From Bacteroidota bacterium (GTDB lineage: Bacteria; Bacteroidota; Ignavibacteria; UBA10030; SZUA-254), in NCBI GenBank assembly GCA_035518715.1, contig DATIXJ010000015.1, positions 65,445 through 129,444 of the forward strand: 64,000 nt of DNA, given 5' to 3'. The first letter of the stretch is position 1. Each line of letters starts with the position of its first letter. Under the pieces are notes generated by a model. That model was not told the origin of the DNA and did not search any database. It saw nothing but the letters and a program-made list of their open reading frames with translations. A program made the translations under genes and the position numbers. Of this stretch, positions 47,824 through 58,700 are shown piece after piece.

Positions 47824-48585
47824 ATGCGACGAGTCTTGCTGCTGCTTGCAATCTTCTTTGCGATGCTGGAGGTGCCCCTTCTCGCACAAGATGATGAAGA
47901 ACCTGTTCCGCCGCCACGCGGTCATACCCAGACAAAATTCGGCGTTGCGGGCGGGTTTACACAGAACCTGCTTTTCCTGAATCTCGATCCGATCAACCAG
48001 GTTCTCCGCAAGTTTAACTCGGCAGATCTGGGTAACGGACCCGTGACGCTCCTCGGGGGCCAGGGATACGGATATATCCTGCTTCTTCCCAATGTGCGCG
48101 TCGGCGGAGTCGGGGGGAGCGGGAGTATTTCTTCGCTGTCATTACTCGGAGTAACTCGCCGCGAAGTTGATCTTTCCGTCGGCTATGGCGGCGTGACGAT
48201 TGACTATGTCATGCCGGTGGTCGGGCATCTCGACCTGGCTCTTGGTGTTGTGCTTGGAGGGGGAAGTGTTAATCTCAAGATGACGCGGGATAACGGCTCC
48301 CCAAAGACCTGGGATGGGATCTGGAGTCAGTTCGGGAGTAATGATTCCACTACCGCCGAGTTCACGAGAAATCTCTCGGGATCTTTCTTTGTCGTTCAGC
48401 CGTCGGTTAATGTGGAGTATGCCTTGCTTCGCTGGCTTGGCGTGAGGGTGGGAGTTTCGTACAACGGCATGGCAGGCGGAAACTGGAAGGTGGACGGAAA
48501 TTACGATCTTATCGGCGTTCCTTCCGAAATCAGCGGCAAAGGATTTATGATCAATGGGGGAATTTTTCTTGGTTTCTTCTACTGA
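47824..48585 (+). CDS. hypothetical outer-membrane beta-barrel protein
   Basis: Signal peptide MRRVLLLLAIFFAML..AQ, Gly-rich amphipathic strands, and a C-terminal ...FLGFFY. Confidence 0.6.
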   Translation: MRRVLLLLAIFFAMLEVPLLAQDDEEPVPPPRGHTQTKFGVAGGFTQNLLFLNLDPINQVLRKFNSADLGNGPVTLLGGQGYGYILLLPNVRVGGVGGSGSISSLSLLGVTRREVDLSVGYGGVTIDYVMPVVGHLDLALGVVLGGGSVNLKMTRDNGSPKTWDGIWSQFGSNDSTTAEFTRNLSGSFFVVQPSVNVEYALLRWLGVRVGVSYNGMAGGNWKVDGNYDLIGVPSEISGKGFMINGGIFLGFFY

Positions 48586-48615
48586 TGCGGGGTGACGGGA
48601 GGGAAGTTGGCGGCA

Positions 48616-50358
48616 TCATCCTTTCTTGCTGGAAGTAAACTGCACGCTCTTCCATTCCGTGAAGAGCGGTCGTAATTTGTTGCGCTGATATTTTCCGGTC
48701 GACGTCACCGGGATATCATTCCCGAAGAGCACCACCTTCGGACATTTCTGAAACGCGAAATATTTCCGGCAGTACACGAGGACTTCCGGCTCTGTGAGCG
48801 TGATTCCTTCCTTGATTTGAACATACGCACCGATTTCCTCACCGTACCAGTCATTCTCGAAACCGACAGCCAGACCCGCCTTCACCCCCGGCATGTTCAT
48901 GAGCACCTCATCGATCTCGAAGGGGGAGATGTTTACTCCACCGCGAATGATGAGTTCCTTGATCCGACCGGTGATGAAGAAGAACTTTCGCCCCGTCTCG
49001 TCCGTTTTGAAGAATCCTTCATCGCCGCTCCGGAACCAGCCGAAGGCGAATGTCGCAGCATTTGCCTCCGGATTCGCGTGATATGCTTTCATCACGTTGT
49101 GTCCGCGTATGACAATTTCTCCCCGGGCGCCTTCAGGCAATTCCTGCCCGTGGTCGTCGTGGATGGACATTTCATTCACGGGCAGCGGCACGCCGATTGA
49201 TGGAAAACCAAAATCGTTCAACCATCGGTGATGTGCGGCCGGCGAAAGATCCGTCGGCAGGAAACAGGAATAGCACGTCGTCTCCGACAGGCCGTATCCG
49301 TGGATGATCGGGATATGGAAACGATCTTCGAATCTGACGGCGAGTTCAACGGTCAGCGGGCCAGCGCCGCAGATGATGTGCCTGAGCGATCGCGGCAAAT
49401 CCTGAGGTGCAGCGGCATGTTCGTGGAGAAGGAATTGCAGGAGCGTCGGCACGACGCTGACCACATCCACGTGCTCGTCGAGGATCTTTCTGAAGAACCG
49501 GTCGGAATGAAACTTCTGATTCAGCACCACACTGCTGCCGACTACCAGCGGTGCCATGAGCGTCACCACAATGCCGTTAACGTGATGGATGGGAAGGACG
49601 CACATCATCCGTCTGGTGTCGGTGATGCCGTGCCACTCTGCAATGGCCTTTGAGTCAATCAGGAGATTATACTGCGTGAGCACGACGCCTTTCGGCAGTC
49701 CGGTGGTTCCGGAAGTGTAGACAATCAGCGCCTCGTCGTCAAGTGCAATACCGGATGCACCCGGCAGGTCCGCCCTCTCGGTGGAAATTGCATCGTGAAA
49801 TTCGATCAGGGATGCCGACCCCGGAGGGAGAGTGCCCGGATTCTTCCCGCGAACTCGTACGATGGTTTTCAGGGCGGGGTTTCGATCGGCGATCTGCAGG
49901 ATCCGATCGAGAAATTGATCACGCACGAACGCGAGCTTCGATTCGGAATTTCGGAGAATGAATTCGATGCGCTTGTCGTCCTCACCGACATTTATCGGGA
50001 CGACGACGGCGCCGACCATCCATGCGGCAAAATATTGAACAATGGTGTCGGCATGATTGTATGCGACAGTTGCGACCCGATCGCCTCTCCGGACTCCCTT
50101 ACGCTGAAGGAAGTTAGCGGTCCTGCAGACGAGTTCATGGAACTGCCGGTACGAGTATTCCAATCGTTCATTCTCATCAGAATAAAATATGAGCCATGGC
50201 TTATCGGAATGCTTTCTGAACTTGTTTGCCAGGACCTCGCCGATGTTCTTTTCCGAAACCTGGAAAGCAGTTGGCGGGATGCCGTACGCGGTACGTGATT
50301 TGAAAATGTTTCTGGTTGTCTCTGCAGGATCCGGCAGCCCGGACATGACGTGTTTCAA
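48616..50358 (-). CDS. AMP-dependent acyl-CoA synthetase/ligase
   Basis: YTSGTTGLPKGV (A3), GYGLSET, FRSGDEG, and a K near the C-terminus (TGKYQR). Confidence 0.9.
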   Translation of the reverse strand: MKHVMSGLPDPAETTRNIFKSRTAYGIPPTAFQVSEKNIGEVLANKFRKHSDKPWLIFYSDENERLEYSYRQFHELVCRTANFLQRKGVRRGDRVATVAYNHADTIVQYFAAWMVGAVVVPINVGEDDKRIEFILRNSESKLAFVRDQFLDRILQIADRNPALKTIVRVRGKNPGTLPPGSASLIEFHDAISTERADLPGASGIALDDEALIVYTSGTTGLPKGVVLTQYNLLIDSKAIAEWHGITDTRRMMCVLPIHHVNGIVVTLMAPLVVGSSVVLNQKFHSDRFFRKILDEHVDVVSVVPTLLQFLLHEHAAAPQDLPRSLRHIICGAGPLTVELAVRFEDRFHIPIIHGYGLSETTCYSCFLPTDLSPAAHHRWLNDFGFPSIGVPLPVNEMSIHDDHGQELPEGARGEIVIRGHNVMKAYHANPEANAATFAFGWFRSGDEGFFKTDETGRKFFFITGRIKELIIRGGVNISPFEIDEVLMNMPGVKAGLAVGFENDWYGEEIGAYVQIKEGITLTEPEVLVYCRKYFAFQKCPKVVLFGNDIPVTSTGKYQRNKLRPLFTEWKSVQFTSSKKG

Positions 50359-50370
50359 ACGAACACTATT

Positions 50371-51039
50371 CTACTTCTGTACCACCGGACGTTCCATCGT
50401 AAAGCGGTCGCGCGTCCGCGTATATGTCGGGCCACCCATGCGGCCGAAGGCCGCCAGTTTATCGGGATCAATCCTGAAGTTGTCAATCACATCATCCTCC
50501 ACATGGAAGCGGAGTACTTCCCCGAGAACGATGCTTCCACCTAACGGTTTGGGGCTCACATGGACGACGTGCAGGAGCCGGCACTCCATGGTGATTAACG
50601 ATTCCTGGACGCGCGGGGGTTTTACGAGATCGCTGGGAATCGGCGTCAATCCCGACACGGTGAATTCATCAACTTCAGGCGGAAAGTCTGCCGAGCAGGC
50701 ATTCATCTCCCGTGCAAAACTTTCCGACACGATGTTGACGACGAATTCCTTCGTTGACTCGATGTTGTTCAGCGTGTCTTTGCGTTTCCCGTCGTTCCCC
50801 CTGATCATGGGGGAAAAACAAATTACCGGCGGGTTTGCACTTATGGCGGTAAAAAAACTGAATGGAGCCAGATTCCTGATCCCGTCGGCACTGAGTGAGG
50901 AAACAAAGGCGATCGGTCTCGGAACGATTGCACCGATCAGGAGCTTATAGATATCTCCAGGTTGATTCGTCTTTGGGTCGATGGTCACCGGTACTCCCGA
51001 GTCTATTTTTCGAGCCAGCTTTTCCAGTATTCCTTCCAT
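50371..51039 (-). CDS. flavin reductase-like (FMN-binding split-barrel) protein
   Basis: IVPRPIAFVSS...NLAPFSFF pattern of the flavin reductase/DIM6-NTAB family. Its ATG, with a GAGGTG RBS, lies 37 nt inside the 3' end of hmgA. Confidence 0.8.
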   Translation of the reverse strand: MEGILEKLARKIDSGVPVTIDPKTNQPGDIYKLLIGAIVPRPIAFVSSLSADGIRNLAPFSFFTAISANPPVICFSPMIRGNDGKRKDTLNNIESTKEFVVNIVSESFAREMNACSADFPPEVDEFTVSGLTPIPSDLVKPPRVQESLITMECRLLHVVHVSPKPLGGSIVLGEVLRFHVEDDVIDNFRIDPDKLAAFGRMGGPTYTRTRDRFTMERPVVQK

Positions 51040-52133
51040 TCGGCCACCTCGCCGGCGGGAAGGACATGAATCGGATTAAGTCCGTCGAGCATAACGGCGG
51101 ATTCATCCGTGTGCGTCTTGGTGGATTGATTCTTCAATGCCTTGGGATGCGGTCCGTGGTGAATTCCGCGGGGATGCAGCGTGACCATCCCGGGACCAAT
51201 ATTGTCGCGGCTGAAGAAATTTCCGTCATGGTAAAAAATGAACTCGTCATAGTCCGTGTTCCTGTGAAAGAACGGGACGCGCAACGCTTCCGGATCCTCT
51301 TCGAGCGGTCGCGGAAGAAAGCTGCAGACCACCGCGCCCTGCGTTACAAATGTTGTGTGGGCGCTGGGAGGGAGGTGTGCCCGCGGACTCATGATGGGCC
51401 GGATATCCCGCATGTTGATCTTCCAGACCGTCAGGTCGCCTTTCCATCCCACCACATCCATCGGATTGAACGGATAGAAAAGAGAAGAAAACTCATCTTC
51501 CACCTTGATGCGAATTTCCCACTCATTCTTGTCATCAAGGATGGGCTTTGGATCGGGAGTCGTGATAACAGCGGGATCGTACAGCGCATGCTGCCCGATC
51601 AGTCCTTTCTCGGGCTGCTCGAATTCCGTTTTCGATTGAACGATGAGGAAAAAATTATCACGCGATTTCGGGATGATGCGGTACGTCACTGCGCGCGGAA
51701 TATTAATGTAGTCTCCCTTTTCGAACGGCATCGGTCCGAAATCAGTCTCGATGGTTCCCTCTCCTCGGTGAACGAAATGGAGTTCGTCCCCGTCGGCGTT
51801 GCGGTAATAAAACGGCATCGGCTCGCTTCTACGTGAAACGTAGAGCCGGACATCGTCATTGCCGAGAAACGCGACCGGCGAACCTTTGGGATCCGTCCAG
51901 TCCGACGGCTTCAATTTGTTGCAGTCGATGCAGTGGGGGCGCAGCTTTCCTTCAAACCGGATCCACCCTGTCGGCGGATGTGTGTGGTACAGATGTGCGG
52001 ATTTTCCGTAAAATCCTTTACGCCCGTGTTCCTCCTCAAACGTCCCGTTGGGAAGTCCGACGTGTGCTTGTTTTGCGGTCTTACCTTTTTGTAACGGATA
52101 CATAAGATTCCTCACGAATTGATCAAAGAACAA
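51003..52133 (-). CDS. hmgA: homogentisate 1,2-dioxygenase (short bacterial form)
   Basis: Cupin-like HRNTDYDEF...H region, a size of about 376 aa, and a position between FAH and HPPD genes. Context supports the call. Confidence 0.75.
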   Translation of the reverse strand: MFFDQFVRNLMYPLQKGKTAKQAHVGLPNGTFEEEHGRKGFYGKSAHLYHTHPPTGWIRFEGKLRPHCIDCNKLKPSDWTDPKGSPVAFLGNDDVRLYVSRRSEPMPFYYRNADGDELHFVHRGEGTIETDFGPMPFEKGDYINIPRAVTYRIIPKSRDNFFLIVQSKTEFEQPEKGLIGQHALYDPAVITTPDPKPILDDKNEWEIRIKVEDEFSSLFYPFNPMDVVGWKGDLTVWKINMRDIRPIMSPRAHLPPSAHTTFVTQGAVVCSFLPRPLEEDPEALRVPFFHRNTDYDEFIFYHDGNFFSRDNIGPGMVTLHPRGIHHGPHPKALKNQSTKTHTDESAVMLDGLNPIHVLPAGEVAEWKEYWKSWLEK

Positions 52134-52159
52134 TCCTGTGTGATAGAAATTTCAAAATC

Positions 52160-53149
52160 CTACGGCTTCACGACACGGTTTCGGAGTGTGCCGATCTTCT
52201 CTATTTCCAGCTCAATGAGGTCTCCGGGCTTCACCCAGCGATCAAGCTCGAGGCCGCAACCTGTTCCCACAGTTCCCGAGCCAATCAGATCTCCCGGGTA
52301 GAGTGTTTCCTCGAGTGACGCAAAGGCAATCATTTTTTCAAACCGGTGCGTGATGGAACCGGAATTTCCCTTCGACCAGATCTCTCCGTTCACTCTCGCG
52401 GTCATGGAGAGATTGTAGGGATCGGAGATTTCGTCTTCCGTGACCAGTACCGGCCCGATTGCCGTTGCGAAATCCTTACCCTTTGACGGACCGAGACGGA
52501 CTTTCATCTCCTTTCGTTGCATATCGCGAGCGCTGAAATCGTTCATCACGGTGAACCCTGCAATATATCCCCGGGCTTTGTTCTCGGGAATATTCCGTCC
52601 CTGCCTCCCGATGACTATTGCCAGCTCCAGCTCATAGTCGAATTTCTCCGTAAATGAAGGCCAGTGAACGTCGTCGTCCGGTCCGATGATGCTCCAGTGT
52701 GCACCCTTGTAATAGACCGGAATTTCGTACCATTCCTGGGGCATCGGCTCACCACGCTTTTCAAAACCTTTCTTCACATGCTGCTCGAATGCGTAAAAGT
52801 CGCGCATCGACGCGGGCCGGGGGAGAGGCGCTCTGATTCTGATCTGGTCCGGGGCAAAGAGGAGCAGTTCTTCATTCAATCCAACCGGAACCCTTCCTTT
52901 TTCGACCTCTTCCTGGAAACTTCTGAGCGTCGCCCTTGCTGCCTCAGATGATCGGGATTCTCCCTGCAAATATCCGATCATGGTTGGAGGGAGAAGCACC
53001 TGCGCGACCCTGTAGGGCTCGGGTTCCCCCTGGCGGAACAGGTGCCACGCGCACGCCGCATTGAGGTCCAGGATACCGCGATCGAGTATTGTCCCGAGCC
53101 GCTGGTGTTTTCCGAGAAGTGTTTTGACTTCAAATGTACAAAGCTTCAT
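52160..53149 (-). CDS. fumarylacetoacetate hydrolase family protein
   Basis: FAH-fold motifs DYELELAIVIG, NDFSARD and GDLIGSGT. Confidence 0.85.
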   Translation of the reverse strand: MKLCTFEVKTLLGKHQRLGTILDRGILDLNAACAWHLFRQGEPEPYRVAQVLLPPTMIGYLQGESRSSEAARATLRSFQEEVEKGRVPVGLNEELLLFAPDQIRIRAPLPRPASMRDFYAFEQHVKKGFEKRGEPMPQEWYEIPVYYKGAHWSIIGPDDDVHWPSFTEKFDYELELAIVIGRQGRNIPENKARGYIAGFTVMNDFSARDMQRKEMKVRLGPSKGKDFATAIGPVLVTEDEISDPYNLSMTARVNGEIWSKGNSGSITHRFEKMIAFASLEETLYPGDLIGSGTVGTGCGLELDRWVKPGDLIELEIEKIGTLRNRVVKP

Positions 53150-53243
53150 GGTCTGAAGCGGTTCTAACGAATCTGAAGAGTGTTATGTGACATGCGGACT
53201 GTGAAAGCACATTTCGTGCATGATGAAAACATCATGCCTCCGA

Positions 53244-54386
53244 TCAGAGGTTTCCACGCAGTTGCTGCTCGCGTTCGATCGCCTCGAACAATGCTTTGAA
53301 ATTTCCTTTTCCAAAACTCCTGCTTCCTTTTCGCTCGATGCATTCAAAGAAGAGAGTGGGGCGGTCTTCAACAGGTTTCGAAAAGATCTGCAGCATGTAG
53401 CCCTCATCATCGCGGTCGACGAGGATGCCGAGGCGCTTCAGCTCGTCGACCGGTTCGTCGATTTTTCCCACACGTTTCTGAAGGTCATCGTAATACGTCG
53501 ACGGAACACGGAGGAATTCCACCCCTCTTCCGGTGAGTTCAGCAACCGTTTCAATGATGTCGTCCGTTGCCATGGCGATGTGCTGTACACCGGGGGTCCG
53601 ATAATATTCGAGATACTCGTCGATCTGTGATTTCTTTCTCCCCGACGCCGGTTCGTTGATGGGAAACTTGATCCGGTCGTTGCCGTTTGCCATGACCTTC
53701 GACATCAGTGCGGAATATTCGGTGGAAATGTCCTCATCATCGAAATGCTGGTACAATCGAAAGCCCATGGCGTTCATATAGAATTCGACCCACTTGTTCA
53801 TGGCACCGAGCTCAACGTTTCCGACGCAATGGTCGACATACTTCAGGCCGACGGGTTTTGCAAGGCGATCTTCGGAGACCGCCTGATACCCCGGCATGAA
53901 CGGTCCGGTATAGTTCTTCCGCTCGACAAACGTGTGTATGGTGTCTCCGTAGATCGCGATCGCAGATTTCCTGATCTCACCAAACGAATCCCGGGCGACC
54001 GTCGGCTCCATAATGCCGCGGGCACCCCGCTTCGTTGTTTCCCGGAACGCAGATTCCGCATCATCCACCCAGAGCGCAATATCTTTCACGCCGTCGCCAT
54101 GGAGTTTGAGATGGTCGGCGATGGGGTGATTCGGCTGAAGCGGCGTGGTGAGGACAAAACGGATCTTATCCTGCTGGAGGACGTACGATGCCCGGTCGCG
54201 CACTCCCGTTTCGAGACCGCAATAGGCAACGAGCCGGAATCCGAACGCATTGCGGTAATAATGCGCGCTCTGCTTGGCGTTGCCAACATAAAATTCGATA
54301 TAGTCTGTGCCGTTGATCGGGAGGAAATCCTTTGCAACAGGGCGGGGGGATTCCGTTGGTTTGGATGGATGCATAACGTACTCCAT
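53244..54386 (-). CDS. hppD: 4-hydroxyphenylpyruvate dioxygenase
   Basis: VOC-fold repeats, HIA(M)ATDDI, and a C-terminal FFECIERKG...GFGKGNFKALFEAIE typical of HPPD. Confidence 0.93.
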   Translation of the reverse strand: MEYVMHPSKPTESPRPVAKDFLPINGTDYIEFYVGNAKQSAHYYRNAFGFRLVAYCGLETGVRDRASYVLQQDKIRFVLTTPLQPNHPIADHLKLHGDGVKDIALWVDDAESAFRETTKRGARGIMEPTVARDSFGEIRKSAIAIYGDTIHTFVERKNYTGPFMPGYQAVSEDRLAKPVGLKYVDHCVGNVELGAMNKWVEFYMNAMGFRLYQHFDDEDISTEYSALMSKVMANGNDRIKFPINEPASGRKKSQIDEYLEYYRTPGVQHIAMATDDIIETVAELTGRGVEFLRVPSTYYDDLQKRVGKIDEPVDELKRLGILVDRDDEGYMLQIFSKPVEDRPTLFFECIERKGSRSFGKGNFKALFEAIEREQQLRGNL

Positions 54387-54418
54387 AATGAACGTGTTGA
54401 GCGCCGGCGTGCTGATGG

Positions 54419-55516
54419 TTACGCCAGCGCGTTTGCCAGGATCTTTTTCAGCGTTTCAACGAGATAATGATTTTCCTCATCGGTCCCAACCGAAATTCTC
54501 AGGCAGTGGGGAAGCCCAAATGCGCGCAGGGGTCGGATAATGATCCCTTCTTTGAGGAGTTCCTGATAAAGATAATTGACGTCCTCTTCCGACTCCCGCA
54601 CAACCATCACAAAGTTGGCATCGGAGGGAACCGGCTCGAGATCCATACCCGCAAGAGCGGTCGTAAGGTATTCCATCCCGTGTGAATTTACCTCGAGCGA
54701 TCGATGGAGAAACTCCTTGTCACGTAATGCGCCGATGCCCGCCGCCTGCGCGAGAGTACTTGGTTCAAATGGGAGCTTCACTTTGAGAAGGTTGCCGATC
54801 AATTCCTCGTGTGCAAAACCATATCCGATCCGAATGCCTGCCAGACCGTAGACTTTGGAGAACGTCCGGAGTGTGATGACATTGTCGTACCGGTAATGCA
54901 TGGAATCGGGGTACGCAGGATTATCGCGTGCAAATTCGAAATACGCTTCATCGAGAATAATCAGGACCCGCTCCGGTACGGTTTTGTAGAAGGCATCGAA
55001 CTCCTGCCGGGTGAAGATCGTTCCTGTAGGATTGTTCGGATTGGCAAGATAAATGATTTTCGTGTGATTCGTGATCTGCGAGCTCAGGGCGGGAAGATCG
55101 TAATGCCAGTTACGGTAAGGGACGGTCTTGTATGCCACTCCGCGTGACCGTGCAAGCACCTGAAAGCCGATGAAAGCGGCTTCGGTCGTAAGGACCTCAT
55201 CATCGTCGCAGAGGAAAGTCCTGATAATATTTGACATGATGCCTTCCGACCCGCTGCCGACGATGACATTTTCGATCTTCAGGTTGTAGATGGAGGCAAG
55301 GACACTGCGGAGATCGTACCCGCCGTTGGGGTAGCGGTGCAGATCGTCCATGCATCGCTTCATCTCATCGAGTGCGAGCTGCGATGTGCCGAGGGGATTC
55401 TCATTCGATGCAAGCTTCACGACTTTTGTCAGTCCGAGCTCCCGCTTCACTTCCTCGATCGGTTTGCCCGCTTTGTACGGCTGCAACGATTCGATATATG
55501 GCGGTACGAGAGGCAT
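54419..55516 (-). CDS. hisC: histidinol-phosphate/aromatic aminotransferase (class II PLP aminotransferase)
   Basis: LASNENPLG, YPD, and TFSKVYGLAGIRIGY (PLP Lys). Start chosen at MPLVPPY (AGGA RBS). Upstream in-frame ATGs at 55543 and 55597 are possible. Confidence 0.85.
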   Translation of the reverse strand: MPLVPPYIESLQPYKAGKPIEEVKRELGLTKVVKLASNENPLGTSQLALDEMKRCMDDLHRYPNGGYDLRSVLASIYNLKIENVIVGSGSEGIMSNIIRTFLCDDDEVLTTEAAFIGFQVLARSRGVAYKTVPYRNWHYDLPALSSQITNHTKIIYLANPNNPTGTIFTRQEFDAFYKTVPERVLIILDEAYFEFARDNPAYPDSMHYRYDNVITLRTFSKVYGLAGIRIGYGFAHEELIGNLLKVKLPFEPSTLAQAAGIGALRDKEFLHRSLEVNSHGMEYLTTALAGMDLEPVPSDANFVMVVRESEEDVNYLYQELLKEGIIIRPLRAFGLPHCLRISVGTDEENHYLVETLKKILANALA

Positions 55517-55727
55517 TTTTGATCCTGATATACTCTTCCGCATCGAGTGAAGATAGCAAACCGACCGGTGAAAATCAATCAGTAACCCGGCTTCCACGAT
55601 TCGTCGAATGCTTCATCATCTTGTATCTGAAGTGCTTTTTTGTTACCATGTCGATGAAAACTACCGACTTTCTCCAGGAGATTGATGTTCTAACATTACA
55701 CGTTCGTTCCCACGTTTCCTTTTCAGG

Positions 55728-58700
55728 ATGCGTTTCATCAATCTCATTACACAATCCGCCCGGATTCATATTTTTTTTCTCCTCGCACTTGGAAGTGCGT
55801 CTTCCTTTGGGCAAACGAGTGATTCCCTGTCCCTGGGAATGCTCCATCATGCCCGTTTTACCATTTCGACACAAAGTGATACGGCATTTCCGCTTCCGCA
55901 ACGGTTCGTGATCAATGGAACGGAGAGTGTAAGGATTGACAGATCTCTTCTGCACCCATCAATCGATTATACGCTTGATACCCGGACCGGAATCCTCTCG
56001 GTTTTTTCGTCTTCGATCCGGACTCACTGCCCTGATACACTGCACCATACTCTCGACGTTATGTATCGCGCGCTTCCATTTGATTTCAAACCAGTGTACC
56101 GGCTTCACGAAACGATTCTTCGGGTGGATACTGCAACCGGCGAACGGGAACATGTCGTGCAACCGGGGCACAGCTTCTCGGTGGATGATCTGTTCGGCTC
56201 GAACCTTCAGAAAAGCGGCAGCCTGGTACGGGGGTTTTCGGTCGGGACGAACCGGGACCTTTCACTCACGTCGGGGTTTCGCATGCAGATGTCGGGCAAC
56301 CTGACCGATGATCTCCAGATCGTGGCTGCACTGACGGACGAAAATTCCCCCATCCAGCCCGAAGGAACGACGCAGACACTCCAAGAAGTGGACAAGGTCT
56401 TCATACAGCTTCGGGGGAATTCTGTGCGTGCGACGCTTGGAGATTTCGATCTCAATCTCGCCGGCAGCGAGTTTGGCACGCTCACGCGCAAGCTCGAGGG
56501 TGCGGAAGGATCATACCGCTTTCAGGGGAGCTCAGTTTCCAGCGAAATTCTTCTCACCGGCGCAGAGCCGCGGGGGAAGTATGCTTCGAACGAATTTCTC
56601 GGTCTCGACGGCGTGCAGGGACCGTACGAGCTGGTCGGTCAAAACAGTGAGCGCACCATTCTTGTGATTGCAGGGACGGAGCGGGTCTACGTGAACGGAG
56701 AATCGATGACGCGGGGAGAAGTCAATGATTATACCATCGACTACAGCAATGCTGAAATTACCTTCACCGCGAAACGACTGATTTCGAGAAGCTCGCGCAT
56801 CACTATTGATTTCGAGTATACCGATCGCCAGTACAATCGCACGCTTCTGGCGGCGCAATCCCAGACGTCAATCGCAGGTACCAAGGCCTCGCTCACGGTA
56901 ACTGCGGTACAGGAAAGCGACAATGAGAACTCGCCGATTGATGCGTCCTTGAGCAGCTCGGACCTCGATACGCTTCGCAATGCGGGAGACGATCAGCGAA
57001 AGGCGTCCCGTGACGGCGTGACGTTCGTCGGACCCGGGAAGGGTCAGTATCTTCTGGCGGGAGCGTTTCACGATTCTGCGGGAGGAAGAAATGTGACCGT
57101 CCCAATCTACAAGTTCAATCCTGTCGATACGGCGAATGCGGTCTACTCGATCGTCTTCAGTTTCGTCGGCCCGGGAAACGGGTATTACCGGAGGATCACG
57201 ACTTTTGAGTACCAATTCGACAGTTTGCGCCAGGGAAGTTACGAGCCGATCCGCTATCTGCCGATGCCTCAATCACACTCGCTGGTTGATGTTCATCTCA
57301 AGGCGGCTCCGATCGACCATTTGCAGGTGACCGGCGAGTACAGCGCCTCGCAGTTCGATCCCAACAAGTTCTCTACTATCGGTGATGATGTTCACAATGG
57401 AGGTGCGGCAAGCTTCGGCCTGCAGTATTCCTCTCCCGAAATGCGTGTCGGCGGTACGAACTTCGGCTCGCTCGATCTTGGATTGAAGGAACGATACATC
57501 AATCACCTCTTCGCGCCGCTCGGGCGTCTGGATGCTGTCGAGTTCAACCGTACATGGAATCTTCCGGATTCCATCGGGGAAGATCAGCTTCTCCACGAGG
57601 CCACTCTCACGTATCGTCCTGTCTCATCACTGATTCTCGGGAGTGATATCGGCAGAATTACGGAAGGGGATTACTCAACCTCGCGATACGCATTCAACGG
57701 TCAGATTACGGATGGGAGTATCCAGGATGCAAATTGTCAGCTTGAAGATATCAACACGACGGATCCGGCAAACAACCTGCATGCTTCCTGGCTGCGAGAG
57801 AACGGCACGTTCCAGCATGGGCTCGGTGCTCTCCTTCCCAGGATTCGGTACTCACATGAACTTCTTCTGAATCATTCGGCTTCGGAGGATTCTCTTCAGC
57901 AGGGGTCATATCAGTTCAATGAACTGATTCCCGGCCTGATGATTGGCAGCATGGGCGGTGCGTCCTTCAGCGCGGATGTCGGCTGGGAATGGGACGACTC
58001 GCTGGCGTTCCAGTCGTTACTTCGCGCATCACACACATTCCTGCAGCAATACAGCGGGCGGTTGCAGGGAAGCGAATCATTCACGATAACGCTCGACCTC
58101 ACGCTTCAGAAGAGGACGTTCACCGAATCGTTCAGGGCGCGGAACAATGACGACGTCAATGCTCTTCTTCTCCGCTCTCAAACGCATTTTGCTCCGATCA
58201 GTTCGGGAATTGAAACCGATCTCTTTTATGAGGCGGGAACGGAACGAACCCAGAAACTCGAGCGTGTGTTTCAACAGGTTCCGACGGGTACGGGGAATTA
58301 TGTCTATCTCGGTGATGTCAACGGCAATCATATTGTCGATCCTGATGATTTCCAACTGAGCCGATTCGACGGCGACTATGTTCTCGTGACGGTTCCTACA
58401 GATGATCTTATTCCCGTTATCGATGTAAAAACGAGCGCGCGCCTTCGGCTCACACCGTCGAGAATGTTCGATGCATCCTCCTTGTCAGGGCGGCTGCTAT
58501 CGGCATTCTCCTCGGAGTCCTATTTCCGGGTGGACGAGAAGAACACCGATCCGGATACGAAGGAGATCTACCTCCTTCATTTCAGCAATTTCCTGAACGA
58601 TCAGACGACGCTGTCCGGAGAAAATATTTTCATACAGGATTTGTATGTGCTGGAGAATCATCCGGAATTCAACCTCCGGTTTCGCTTCAATCAGCAAAAG

